DNA of 64,000 bases from Eledone cirrhosa. Its lineage: Eukaryota. Of this stretch, positions 1-13,200 are shown piece by piece. Numbering within the stretch: the stretch's first letter is position 1; every line of letters begins with the position of its first letter. Below the pieces are notes generated by a model. That model was not told the DNA's origin and made no database searches. It was given only the letters and a program-made list of their open reading frames with translations. Position numbers and translations under genes: made by a program. The stretch is taken from the NCBI GenBank assembly GCA_964016885.1, contig OZ024762.1, forward strand, positions 29,512,001 through 29,576,000, written 5' to 3'.

Positions 1-1296
1 AGATGTCATGTTAGGGTGGTGGTTTGGCAGTAAGGGTAGAGGGTCAGATGTCAGGTTAGGGTGGTGGGTTGTCAGTAAGGGTAGAGGGTCAGATGTCAGG
101 TTAGGGTGGTGGATTGGCAGTAAGGGTAGAGGGTCAGATGTCAGGTTAGGGTGGTGGGTTGTCAGTAAGGGTAGAGGGTCAGATGTCAGGTTAGGGTGGT
201 GGGTTGTCAGTAAGGATAGAGGGTCAGATGTCATGTTAGGGTGGTGGTTTGGCAGTAAGGGTAGAGGGTCAGATGTCAGGTTAGGGTGGTGGGTTGTCAG
301 TAAGGGTAGAGGGTCAGATGTCAGGTTAGGGTGGTGGATTGGCAGTAAGGGTAGAGGGTCAGATGTCAGGTTAGGGTGGTGGGTTGGCAGTAAGTGTAGA
401 GGGTCAGATGTCAGGTTAGGGTGGTGGGTTGGCAGTAAGGGTAGAGGGTCAGATGTCATGTTAGGGTGGTGGGTTGGCAGTAAGGGTAGAGGGTCAGATG
501 TCATGTTAGGGTGGTGGGTTGGCAGTAAGGGTAGAGGGTCAGACACCATGTTAGGGTGGTGGGTTGGCAGTAAGTGTAGAAGTTCAGATGTCATGTTAGG
601 GTGGTGGGTTGGCAGTAAGGGTAGAGGGTCAGATGTCAGGTTAGGGTGGTGGCTTGTCAGTAAGGGTAGAGGGTCAGATGTCAGGTTAGGGTGGTGGGTT
701 GGCATTAAGGGTAGAGGGTCAGATGTCAGGTTAGGGTGGTGGGTTGTCAGTAAGGGTAGAGGGTCAGATGTCAGGTTAGGGTGGTGGGTTGTCAGTAAGG
801 GTAGAGGGTCAGATGTCAGGTTAGGGTGGTGGGTTGGCAGTAAGGGTAGAGGGTCAGATGTCAGGTTAGGGTGGTGGGTTGGCAGTATTGGTAGAGGGTC
901 AGATGTCAGGTTAGGGTGGTGGGTTGGCAGTATTGGTAGAGGGTCAGATGCCATGTTAGGGTGGTGTGTTGGCAGTATTGGTAGAGGGTCAGATGTCAGG
1001 TTAGGGTGGTGGATTGGCAGTATTGGTAGAGGGTCAGATGTCATGTTAGGGTGGTGGGTTGGCAGTATTGGTAGAGGGTCAGATGTCAGGTTAGGGTGGT
1101 GGGTTGGCAGTATTGGTAGAGGGTCAGATGTCAGGTTAGGGTGGTGGGTTGGTAGTAAGGGTAGAGGGTCAGATGTCATGTTAGGGTGGTGGGTTGGCAG
1201 TATTGGTAGAGGGTCAGATGTCATGCTAGGGTGGTGGGTTGGCAGTAAGGGTAGAGGGTCAGATGTCAGGTTAGGGTGGTGGGTTGGCCGTATTGG

Positions 1297-4200
1297 TTAG
1301 AGGGTCAGATGTCAGGTTAGGGTGGTGGGTTGGTAGTAAGGGTAGAGGGTCAGATGTCAGGTTAGGGTGGTGGGTTGGCAGTATTGGTAGAGGGTCAGAT
1401 GTCATGTTAGGGTGGTGGGTTTGCAATATTGGTAGAGGGTCAGATGTCAGGTTAGGGTGGTGGGTTGGCAGTATTGGTAGAGGGTCAGATGTCAGGTTAG
1501 GGAGGTGGTTTGGCAATATTGGTAGAGGGTCAGATGTCAGGTTAGGGTGGTGGTTTGGCAGTATTGGTAGAGGGTCAGATGTCATGTTAGGGTGGTGGTT
1601 TGGCAGTAAGGGTAGAGGGTCAGATGTCATGTTAGGGTGGTGGGTTGGCAGTAAGGGTAGAGGGTCAGATGTCATGTTAGGGTGGTGGGTTGGCAGTATT
1701 GGTAGAGGGTCAGACGCCATGTTATGGTGGTGGGTTGGCAGTATTGGTAGAGGGTCAGATGTCATGTTAGGGTGGTGGGTTGGCAGTATTGGTAGAGGGT
1801 CAGATGTCATGTTAGGGTGGTGGGTTGGCAGTATTGGTAGAGGGTCAGATGTCAGGTTAGGGTGGTGGGTTGGCAGTAAGGGTAGAGGGTCAGATGTCAG
1901 GTTAGTGTGGTGGGTTGCCAGTATTGGTAGAGGGTCAGATGTCAGGTTAGGGTGGTGGGTTGGCAGTATTGGTAGAGGGTTAGATGTCAGGTTAGGGTGG
2001 TGGGTTGGCAGTATTGGTAGAGGGTCAGACGCCATGTTAGGGTGGTGGGTTGGCAGTATTGGTAGAGGGTCAGATGTCAGGTTAGGGTGGTGGGTTGGCA
2101 GTAAGGGTAGAGGGTCAGATGTCAGGTTAGGGTGGTGGGTTGGCAGTAAGGGTAGAGGGTCAGATGTCAGGTTAGGGTGGTGGGTTGGCAGTATTGGTAG
2201 AGGGTCAGATGTCAGGTTAGGGTGGTGGGTTGGCAGTATTGGTAGAGGGTCAGATGTCAGGTTAGGGTGGTGGATTTGCAGTATTGGTAGAGGGTCAGAT
2301 GTCAGGTTAGGGTGGTGGGTTGGCAGTAAGGGTAGAGGGTCAGACACCATGTTAGGGGGGTGGGTTGGCGGTAAGGGTAGAGGGTCAGACACCATGTTAG
2401 GGTGATGGGTTGGCTGTAAGGGTAGAGGGTCAGATGCCATGTTAGGGTGGTGGGTTGGCAGTAAGGGTAGAGGGTCAGATGCCATGTTAGGGTGGTGGGT
2501 TGGCAGTAAGGGTAGAGGGTCAGATGTCATGTTAGGGTGGTGGTTTGGCAGTAAGGGTAGAGGGTCAGATGTCAGGTTAGGGTGCTGGGTTGTCAGTAAC
2601 GGTAGAGGGTCAAATGTCAGGTTAGGGTGGTGGGTTGGCAGTAAGGGTAGAGGGTCAGATGTCAGGTTAGGGTGGTGGGTTGTCAGTAAGGGTAGAGGGT
2701 CAGATGTCAGGTTAGGGTGGTGGGTTGTCAGTAAGGGTAGAGGGTCAGATGTCAGGTTAGGGTGGTGGGTTAGCAGTAAGGGTAGAGGGTCAGATGTCAG
2801 GTTAGGGTGGTGGGTTGGCAGTAAGGGTAGAGGGTCAGATGTCATGTTAGGGTGGTGGGTTGGCAGTAAGGGTAGAGGGTCAGACACCATGTTAGGGTGG
2901 TGGGTTGGCAGTAAGGGTAGAGGGTCAGATGTCATGTTAGGGTGGTGGGTTGGCAGTAAGGGTAGAGGGTCAGATGTCAGGTTAGGGTGGTGGGTTGTCA
3001 GTAAGGGTAGAGGGTCAGATGTCAGGTTAGGGTGGTGGGTTGGCAGTAAGGGTAGAGGGTCAGATGTCAGGTTAGGGTGGTGGGTTGTCAGTAAGGGTAG
3101 AGGGTCAGATGTCATGTTAGGGTGGTGGGTTGTCAGTAAGGGTAGACGGTCACATGTCAGGTTAGGGTGGTGGGTTGGCAGTAAGGGTAGAGGGTCAGAT
3201 TTCAGGTTAGGGTTGTGGGTTGGCAGTAAGGGTAGAGGGTCAGATGTCAGGTTAGGGTGGTGGGTTGGCAGTAAGGGTAGAGGGTCAGACACCATGTTAG
3301 GGTGGTGGGTTGGCAGTATTGGTAGAGGGTCAGATGTCAGGTTAGGGTGGTGGGTTGGCAGTATTGGTAGAGGGTCAGATGTCAGGCTACGGTGGTGGGT
3401 TGAACGTATTGGTAGAGGGTCAGATGTCAGGTTAGGGTGGTGGGTTGGCAGTAAGGGTAGAGGGTCAGACACCATGTTAGGGTGGTGGGTTGGCAGTAAG
3501 GGTAGAGGGTCAGACACCATGTTAGGGTGATGGGTTGGCAGTAAGGGTAGAGGGTCAGATGCCATGTTAGGGTGGTGGGTTGGCAGTAAGTGTAGAGGGT
3601 CAGATGCCATGTTAGGGTGGTGGGTTGGCAGTAAGGGTAGAGGGTCAGATGTCATGTTAGGGTGGTGGTTTGGCAGTAAGGGTAGAGGGTCAGATGTCAG
3701 GTTAGGGTGGTGGGTTGTCAGTAAGGGTAGAGGGTCAGATGTCAGGTTAGGGTGGTGGATTGGCAGTAAGGGTAGAGGGTCAGATGTCAGGTTAGGGTGG
3801 TGGGTTGTCAGTAAGGGTAGAGGGTCAGATGTCAGGTTAGGGTGGTGGGTTGTCAGTAAGGATAGAGGGTCAGATGTCATGTTAGGGTGGTGGTTTGGCA
3901 GTAAGGGTAGAGGGTCAGATGTCAGGTTAGGGTGGTGGGTTGTCAGTAAGGGTAGAGGGTCAGATGTCAGGTTAGGGTGGTGGATTGGCAGTAAGGGTAG
4001 AGGGTCAGATGTCAGGTTAGGGTGGTGGGTTGGCAGTAAGTGTAGAGGGTCAGATGTCAGGTTAGGGTGGTGGGTTGGCAGTAAGGGTAGAGGGTCAGAT
4101 GTCATGTTAGGGTGGTGGGTTGGCAGTAAGGGTAGAGGGTCAGATGTCATGTTAGGGTGGTGGGTTGGCAGTAAGGGTAGAGGGTCAGACACCATGTTAG

Positions 4201-7200
4201 GGTGGTGGGTTGGCAGTAAGTGTAGAAGTTCAGATGTCATGTTAGGGTGGTGGGTTGGCAGTAAGGGTAGAGGGTCAGATGTCAGGTTAGGGTGGTGGCT
4301 TGTCAGTAAGGGTAGAGGGTCAGATGTCAGGTTAGGGTGGTGGGTTGGCATTAAGGGTAGAGGGTCAGATGTCAGGTTAGGGTGGTGGGTTGTCAGTAAG
4401 GGTAGAGGGTCAGATGTCAGGTTAGGGTGGTGGGTTGTCAGTAAGGGTAGAGGGTCAGATGTCAGGTTAGGGTGGTGGGTTGGCAGTAAGGGTAGAGGGT
4501 CAGATGTCAGGTTAGGGTGGTGGGTTGGCAGTATTGGTAGAGGGTCAGATGTCAGGTTAGGGTGGTGTTTGGCAGTATTGGTAGAGGGTCAGATGCCATG
4601 TTAGGGTGGTGTGTTGGCAGTATTGGTAGAGGGTCAGATGTCAGGTTAGGGTGGTGGATTGGCAGTATTGGTAGAGGGTCAGATGTCATGTTAGGGTGGT
4701 GGGTTGGCAGTATTGGTAGAGGGTCAGATGTCAGGTTAGGGTGGTGGGTTGGCAGTATTGGTAGAGGGTCAGATGTCAGGTTAGGGTGGTGGGTTGGTAG
4801 TAAGGGTAGAGGGTCAGATGTCATGTTAGGGTGGTGGGTTGGCAGTATTGGTAGAGGGTCAGATGTCATGCTAGGGTGGTGGGTTGGCAGTAAGGGTAGA
4901 GGGTCAGATGTCAGGTTAGGGTGGTGGGTTGGCCGTATTGGTTAGAGGGTCAGATGTCAGGTTAGGGTGGTGGGTTGGTAGTAAGGGTAGAGGGTCAGAT
5001 GTCAGATTAGGGTGGTGGGTTGGCAGTATTGGTAGAGGGTCAGATGTCATGTTAGGGTGGTGGGTTTGCAATATTGGTAGAGGGTCAGATGTCAGGTTAG
5101 GGTGGTGGGTTGGCAGTATTGGTAGAGGGTCAGATGTCAGGTTAGGGAGGTGGTTTGGCAATATTGGTAGAGGGTCAGATGTCAGGTTAGGGTGGTGGTT
5201 TGGCAGTATTGGTAGAGGGTCAGATGTCATGTTAGGGTGGTGGTTTGGCAGTAAGGGTAGAGGGTCAGATGTCATGTTAGGGTGGTGGGTTGGCAGTAAG
5301 GGTAGAGGGTCAGATGTCATGTTAGGGTGGTGGGTTGGCAGTATTGGTAGAGGGTCAGACGCCATGTTATGGTGGTGGGTTGGCAGTATTGGTAGAGGGT
5401 CAGATGTCATGTTAGGGTGGTGGGTTGGCAGTATTGGTAGAGGGTCAGATGTCATGTTAGGGTGGTGGGTTGGCAGTATTGGTAGAGGGTCAGATGTCAG
5501 GTTAGGGTGGTGGGTTGGCAGTAAGGGTAGAGGGTCAGATGTCAGGTTAGTGTGGTGGGTTGCCAGTATTGGTAGAGGGTCAGATGTCAGGTTAGGGTGG
5601 TGGGTTGGCAGTATTGGTAGAGGGTTAGATGTCAGGTTAGGGTGGTGGGTTGGCAGTATTGGTAGAGGGTCAGACGCCATGTTAGGGTGGTGGGTTGGCA
5701 GTATTGGTAGAGGGTCAGATGTCAGGTTAGGGTGGTGGGTTGGCAGTAAGGGTAGAGGGTCAGATGTCAGGTTAGGGTGGTGGGTTGGCAGTAAGGGTAG
5801 AGGGTCAGATGTCAGGTTAGGGTGGTGGGTTGGCAGTATTGGTAGAGGGTCAGATGTCAGGTTAGGGTGGTGGGTTGGCAGTATTGGTAGAGGGTCAGAT
5901 GTCAGGTTAGGGTGGTGGATTTGCAGTATTGGTAGAGGGTCAGATGTCAGGTTAGGGTGGTGGGTTGGCAGTAAGGGTAGAGGGTCAGACACCATGTTAG
6001 GGGGGTGGGTTGGCGGTAAGGGTAGAGGGTCAGACACCATGTTAGGGTGATGGGTTGGCAGTAAGGGTAGAGGGTCAGATGCCATGTTAGGGTGGTGGGT
6101 TGGCAGTAAGGGTAGAGGGTCAGATGCCATGTTTGGGTGGTGGGTTGGCAGTAAGGGTAGAGGGTCAGATGTCATGTTAGGGTGGTGGTTTGGCAGTAAG
6201 GGTAGAGGGTCAGATGTCAGGTTAGGGTGGTGGGTTGTCAGTAAGGGTAGAGGGTCAGATGTCAGGTTAGGGTGGTGGGTTGGCAGTAAGGGTAGAGGGT
6301 CAGATGTCAGGTTAGGGTGGTGGGTTGTCAGTAAGGGTAGAGGGTCAGATGTCAGGTTAGGGTGGTGGGTTGTCAGTAAGGGTAGAGGGTCAGATGTCAG
6401 GTTAGGGTGGTGGGTTGGCAGTAAGGGTAGAGGGTCAGATGTCAGGTTAGGGTGGTGGGTTGGCAGTAAGGGTAGAGGGTCAGATGTCATGTTAGGGTGG
6501 TGGGTTGGCAGTAAGGGTAGAGGGTCAGATGTCATGTTAGGGTGGTGGGTTGTCAGTAAGGGTAGAGGGTCAGATGTCAGGTTAGGGTGGTGGGTTGGCA
6601 GTAAGGGTAGAGGGTCAGATGTCAGGTTAGGGTGGTGGGTTGTCAGTAAGGGTAGAGGGTCAGATGTCAGGTTAGGGTGGTGGGTTGGCAGTAAGGGTAG
6701 AGGGTCAGATGTCAGGTTAGGGTGGTGGGTTGGCAGTAAGGGTAGAGGGTCAGATGTCATGTTAGGGTGGTGGGTTGGCAGTAAGGGTAGAGGGTCAGAT
6801 GTCATGTTAGAGTGGTGGGTTGGCAGTAAGGGTAGAGGGTCAGACACCATGTTAGGGTGGTGGGTTGGCAGTAAGGGTAGAGGGTCAGATGTCATGTTAG
6901 GGTGGTGGGTTGGCAGTAAGGGTAGAGGGTCAGATGTCGGGTTAGGGTGGTGGGTTGTCAGTAAGGGTAGAGGGTCAGATGTCAGGTTAGGGTGGTGGGT
7001 TGGCAGTAAGGGTAGAGAGTCAGATGTCAGGTTAGGGTGGTGGGTTGGCAGTAAGGGTAGAGGGTCAGATGTCAGGTTAGGGTGGTGGGTTGGCAGTAAG
7101 GGTAGAGGGTCAGATGTTAGGTTAGGGTGATGGGTTGGCAGTATTGGTAGAGGGTCAGATGTCAGGTTAGGGTGGTGGGTTGGCAGTATTGGTAGAGGGT

Positions 7201-10200
7201 CAGATGTCAGGTTAGGGTGGTGGGTTGAACGTATTGGTAGAGGGTCAGATGTCAGGTTAGGGTGGTGGGTTGGCAGTAAGGGTAGAGGGTCAGACAACAT
7301 GTTAGGGTGGTGGGTTGGCGGTAAGGGTAGAGGGTCAGACACCATGTTAGGGTGATGGGTTGGCAGTAAGGGTAGAGGGTCAGATGCCATGTTAGGGTGG
7401 TGGGTTGGCAGTAAGGGTAGAGGGTCAGATGCCATGTTAGGGTGGTGGGTTGGCAGTAAGGGTAGAGGGTCAGATGTCATGTTAGGGTGGTGGTTTGGCA
7501 GTAAGGGTAGAGGGTCAGATATCAGGTTAGGGTGGTGGGTTGTCAGTAACGGTAGAGGGTCAGTTGTCAGGTTAGGGTGGTGGGTTGGCAGTAAGGGTAG
7601 AGGGTCAGATGTCAGGTTAGGGTGGTGGGTTGTCAGTAAGGGTAGAGGGTCAGATGTCAGGTTAGGGTGGTGGGTTGTCAGTAAGGGTAGAGGGTCAGAT
7701 GTCAGGTTAGGGTGGTGGGTTGGCAGTAAGGGTAGAGGGTCAGATGTCAGGTTAGGGTGGTGGGTTGGCAGTAAGGTTAGAGGGTCAGATGTCATGTTAG
7801 GGTGGTGGGTTGGCAGTAAGGGTAGAGTGTCAGATGTCATGTTAGGATGGTGGGTTGGCAGTAAGGGTAGAGGGTCAGACACCATGTTAGGGTGGTGGGT
7901 TGGCAGTAAGGGTAGAGGGTCAGATGTCATGTTAGGGTGGTGGGTTGGCAGTAAGGGTAGAGGGTCAGATGTCAGGTTAGGGTGGTGGGTTGTCAGTAAG
8001 GGTAGAGGGTCAGATGTCAGGTTAGGGTGGTGGGTTGGCAGTAAGGGTAGAGGGTCAGATGTCAGGTTAGGGTGGTGGGTTGTCAGTAAGGGTAGAGGGT
8101 CAGATGTCAGGTTAGGGTGGTGGGTTGTCAGTAAGGGTAGAGGGTCAGATGTCAGGTTAGGGTGGTGGGTTGGCAGTAAGGGTAGAGGGTCAGATGTCAG
8201 GTTAGGGTTGTGGGTTGGCAGTAAGGGTAGAGGGTCAGATGTCAGGTTAGGGTGGTGGGTTGGCAGTAAGGGTAGAGGGTCAGACACCATGGTAGGGTGG
8301 TGGGTTGGCAGTATTGGTAGAGGGTCAGATGTCAGGTTAGGGTGGTGGGTTGGCAGTTTTGGTAGAGGGTCAGATGTCAGGCTAGGGTGGTGGGTTGAAC
8401 GTATTGGTAGAGGGTCAGATGTCAGGTTAGGGTGGTGGGTTGGCAGTAAGGGTAGAGGGTCAGACACCATGTTAGGGTGGTGGGTTGGTAGTAAGGGTAG
8501 AGGGTCAGACACCATGTTAGGGTGATGGGTTGGCAGTAAGGGTAGAGGGTCAGATGCCATGTTAGGGTGGTGGGTTGGCAGTAAGTGTAGAGGGTCAGAT
8601 GCCATGTTAGGGTGGTGGGTTGGCAGTAAGGGTAGAGGGTCAGATGTCATGTTAGGGTGGTGGTTTGGCAGTAAGGGTAGAGGGTCAGATGTCAGGTTAG
8701 GGTGGTGGGTTGTCAGTAAGGGTAGAGGGTCAGATGTCAGGTTAGGGTGGTGGGTTGGCAGTAAGGGTAGAGGGTCAGATGTCAGGTTAGGGTGGTGGGT
8801 TGGCAGTAAGGGTAGAGGGTCAGATGTCAGGTTAGGGTGGTGGGTTGTCAGTAAGGGTAGAGGGTCAGATGTCAGGTTAGGGTGGTGGGTTGGCAGTAAG
8901 GGTAGAGGGTCAGATGTCAGGTTAGGGTGGTGGGTTGGCAGTAAGGGTAGAGGGTCAGATGTCATGTTAGGGTGGTGGGTTGGCAGTAAGGGTAGAGGGT
9001 CAGATGTAATGTTAGGGTGGTGGGTTGGCAGTAAGGGTAGAGGGTCAGACACCATGTTAGGGTGGTGGGTTGGCAGTAAGTGTAGAAGTTCAGATGTCAT
9101 GTTAGGGTGGTGGGTTGGCAGTAAGGGTAGAGGGTCAGATGTCAGGTTAGGGTGGTGGGTTGTCAGTAAGGGTAGAGGGTCAGATGTCAGGTTAGGGTGG
9201 TGGGTTGGCAGTAAGGGTAGAGGGTCAGATGTCAGGTTAGGGTGGTGGGTTGTCAGTAAGGGTAGAGGGTCAGATGTCAGGTTAGGGTGGTGGGTTGTCA
9301 GTAAGGGTAGAGGGTCAGATGTCAGGTTAGGGTGGTGGGTTGGCAGTAAGGGTAGAGGGTCAGATGTCAGGTTAGGGTGGTGGGTTGGCAGTATTGGTAG
9401 AGGGTCAGATGTCAGGTTAGGGTGGTGGGTTGGCAGTATTGGTAGAGGGTCAGATGCCATGTTAGGGTGGTGTGTTGGCAGTATTGGTAGAGGGTCAGAT
9501 GTCAGGTTAGGGTGGTGGATTGGCAGTATTGGTAGAGGGTCAGATATCATGTTAGGGTGGTGGGTTGGCAGTATTGGTAGAGGGTCAGATGTCAGGTTAG
9601 GGTGGTGGGTTGGCAGTATTGGTAGAGGGTCAGATGTCAGGTTAGGGTGGTGGGTTGGTAGTAAGGGTAGAGGGTCAGATGTCATGTTAGGGTGGTGGGT
9701 TGGCAGTATTGGTAGAGGGTCAGATGTCATGCTAGGGTGGTGGGTTGGCAGTAAGGGTAGAGGGTCAGATGTCAGGTTAGGGTGGTGGGTTGGCAGTATT
9801 GGTTAGAGGGTCAGATGTCAGGTTAGGGTGGTGGGTTGGTAGTAAGGGTAGAGGGTCAGATGTCAGGTTAGGGTGGTGGGTTGGCAGTATTGGTAGAGGG
9901 TCAGATGTCATGTTAGGGTGGTGGGTTTGCAATATTGGTAGAGGGTCAGATGTCAGGTTAGGGTGGTGGGTTGGCAGTATTGGTAGAGGGTCAGATGTCA
10001 GGTTAGGGAGGTGGTTTGGCAATATTGGTAGAGGGTCAGATGTCAGGTTAGGGTGGTGGTTTGGCAGTATTGGTAGAGCGTCAGATGTCATGTTAGGGTG
10101 GTGGTTTGGCAGTAAGGGTAGAGGGTCAGATGTCATGTTAGGGTGGTGGGTTGGCAGTAAGGGTAGAGGGTCAGATGTCATGTTAGGGTGGTGGGTTGGC

Positions 10201-13200
10201 AGTATTGGTAGAGGGTCAGACGCCATGTTAGGGTGGTGGGTTGGCAGTATTGCTAGAGGGTCAGATGTCATGTTAGGGTGGTGGGTTGGCAGTATTGGTA
10301 GAGGGTCAGATGTCATGTTAGGGTGGTGGGTTGGCAGTATTGGTAGAGGGTTAGATGTCAGGTTAGGGTGGTGGGTTGGCAGTAAGGGTAGAGGGTCAGA
10401 TGTCAGGTTAGTGTGGTGGGTTGCCAGTATTGGTAGAGGGTCAGATGTCAGGTTAGGGTGGTGGGTTGGCAGTATTGGTAGAGGGTCAGATGTCAGGTTA
10501 GGGTGGTGGGTTGACAGTATTGGTAGAGGGTCAGACGCCATGTTAGGGTGGTGGGTTGGCAGTATTGGTAGAGGGTCAGATGTCAGGTTAGGGTGGTGGG
10601 TTGGCAGTAAGGGTAGAGGGTCAGATGTCAGGTTAGGGTGGTGGGTTGGCAGTAAGGGTAGAGGGTCAGATGTCAGGTTAGGGTGGTGGGTTGGCAGTAT
10701 TGGTAGAGGGTCAGATTTCAGGTTAGGGTGGTGGGTTGGCAGTATTGGTAGAGGGTCAGATGTCAGGTTAGGGTGGTGGGTTGGCAGTATTGGTAGAAGG
10801 TCAGATGTCAGGTTAGGGTGGTGGGTTGGCAGTAAGGGTAGAGGGTCAGACACCATGTTAGGGTGGTGGGTTGGCGGTAAGGGTAGAGGGTCAGACACCA
10901 TGTTAGGGTGATGGGTTGGCTGTAAGGGTAGAGGGTCAGATGCCATGTTAGGGTGGTGGGTTGGCAGTAAGGGTAGAGGGTCAGATGCCATGTTAGGGTG
11001 GTGGGTTGGCAGTAAGGGTAGAGGGTCAGATGTCATGTTAGGGTGGTGGTTTGGCAGTAAGGGTAGAGGGTCAGATGTCAGGTTAGGGTGCTGGGTTGTC
11101 AGTAACGGTAGAGGGTCAAATGTCAGGTTAGGGTGGTGGGTTGGCAGTAAGGGTAGAGGGTCAGATGTCAGGTTAGGGTGGTGGGTTGTCAGTAAGGGTA
11201 GAGGGTCAGATGTCAGGTTAGGGTGGTGGGTTGTCAGTAAGGGTAGAGGGTCAGATGTCAGGTTAGGGTGGTGGGTTGGCAGTAAGGGTAGAGGGTCAGA
11301 TGTCAGGTTAGGGTGGTGGGTTGGCAGTAAGGGTAGAGGGTCAGATGTCATGTTAGGGTGGTGGGTTGGCAGTAAGGGTAGAGGGTCAGACACCATGTTA
11401 GGGTGGTGGGTTGGCAGTAAGGGTAGAGGGTCAGATGTCATGTTAGGGTGGTGGGTTGGCAGTAAGGGTAGAGGGTCAGATGTCAGGTTAGGGTGGTGGG
11501 TTGTCAGTAAGGGTAGAGGGTCAGATGTCAGGTTAGGGTGGTGGGTTGGCAGTAAGGGTAGAGGGTCAGATGTCAGGTTAGGGTGGTGGGTTGTCAGTAA
11601 GGGTAGAGGGTCAGATGTCATGTTAGGGTGGTGGGTTGTCAGTAAGGGTAGACGGTCACATGTCAGGTTAGGGTGGTGGGTTGGCAGTAAGGGTAGAGGG
11701 TCAGATTTCAGGTTAGGGTTGTGGGTTGGCAGTAAGGGTAGAGGGTCAGATGTCAGGTTAGGGTGGTGGGTTGGCAGTAAGGGTAGAGGGTCAGACACCA
11801 TGTTAGGGTGGTGGGTTGGCAGTATTGGTAGAGGGTCAGATGTCAGGTTAGGGTGGTGGGTTGGCAGTATTGGTAGAGGGTCAGATGTCAGGCTACGGTG
11901 GTGGGTTGAACGTATTGGTAGAGGGTCAGATGTCAGGTTAGGGTGGTGGGTTGGCAGTAAGGGTAGAGGGTCAGACACCATGTTAGGGTGGTGGGTTGGC
12001 AGTAAGGGTAGAGGGTCAGACACCATGTTAGGGTGATGGGTTGGCAGTAAGGGTAGAGGGTCAGATGCCATGTTAGGGTGGTGGGTTGGCAGTAAGTGTA
12101 GAGGGTCAGATGCCATGTTAGGGTGGTGGGTTGGCAGTAAGGGTAGAGGGTCAGATGTCATGTTAGGGTGGTGGTTTGGCAGTAAGGGTAGAGGGTCAGA
12201 TGTCAGGTTAGGGTGGTGGGTTGTCAGTAAGGGTAGAGGGTCAGATGTCAGGTTAGGGTGGTGGATTGGCAGTAAGGGTAGAGGGTCAGATGTCAGGTTA
12301 GGGTGGTGGGTTGTCAGTAAGGGTAGAGGGTCAGATGTCAGGTTAGGGTGGTGGGTTGTCAGTAAGGATAGAGGGTCAGATGTCATGTTAGGGTGGTGGT
12401 TTGGCAGTAAGGGTAGAGGGTCAGATGTCAGGTTAGGGTGGTGGGTTGTCAGTAAGGGTAGAGGGTCAGATGTCAGGTTAGGGTGGTGGATTGGCAGTAA
12501 GGGTAGAGGGTCAGATGTCAGGTTAGGGTGGTGGGTTGGCAGTAAGTGTAGAGGGTCAGATGTCAGGTTAGGGTGGTGGGTTGGCAGTAAGGGTAGAGGG
12601 TCAGATGTCATGTTAGGGTGGTGGGTTGGCAGTAAGGGTAGAGGGTCAGATGTCATGTTAGGGTGGTGGGTTGGCAGTAAGGGTAGAGGGTCAGACACCA
12701 TGTTAGGGTGGTGGGTTGGCAGTAAGTGTAGAAGTTCAGATGTCATGTTAGGGTGGTGGGTTGGCAGTAAGGGTAGAGGGTCAGATGTCAGGTTAGGGTG
12801 GTGGCTTGTCAGTAAGGGTAGAGGGTCAGATGTCAGGTTAGGGTGGTGGGTTGGCATTAAGGGTAGAGGGTCAGATGTCAGGTTAGGGTGGTGGGTTGTC
12901 AGTAAGGGTAGAGGGTCAGATGTCAGGTTAGGGTGGTGGGTTGTCAGTAAGGGTAGAGGGTCAGATGTCAGGTTAGGGTGGTGGGTTGGCAGTAAGGGTA
13001 GAGGGTCAGATGTCAGGTTAGGGTGGTGGGTTGGCAGTATTGGTAGAGGGTCAGATGTCAGGTTAGGGTGGTGGGTTGGCAGTATTGGTAGAGGGTCAGA
13101 TGCCATGTTAGGGTGGTGTGTTGGCAGTATTGGTAGAGGGTCAGATGTCAGGTTAGGGTGGTGGATTGGCAGTATTGGTAGAGGGTCAGATGTCATGTTA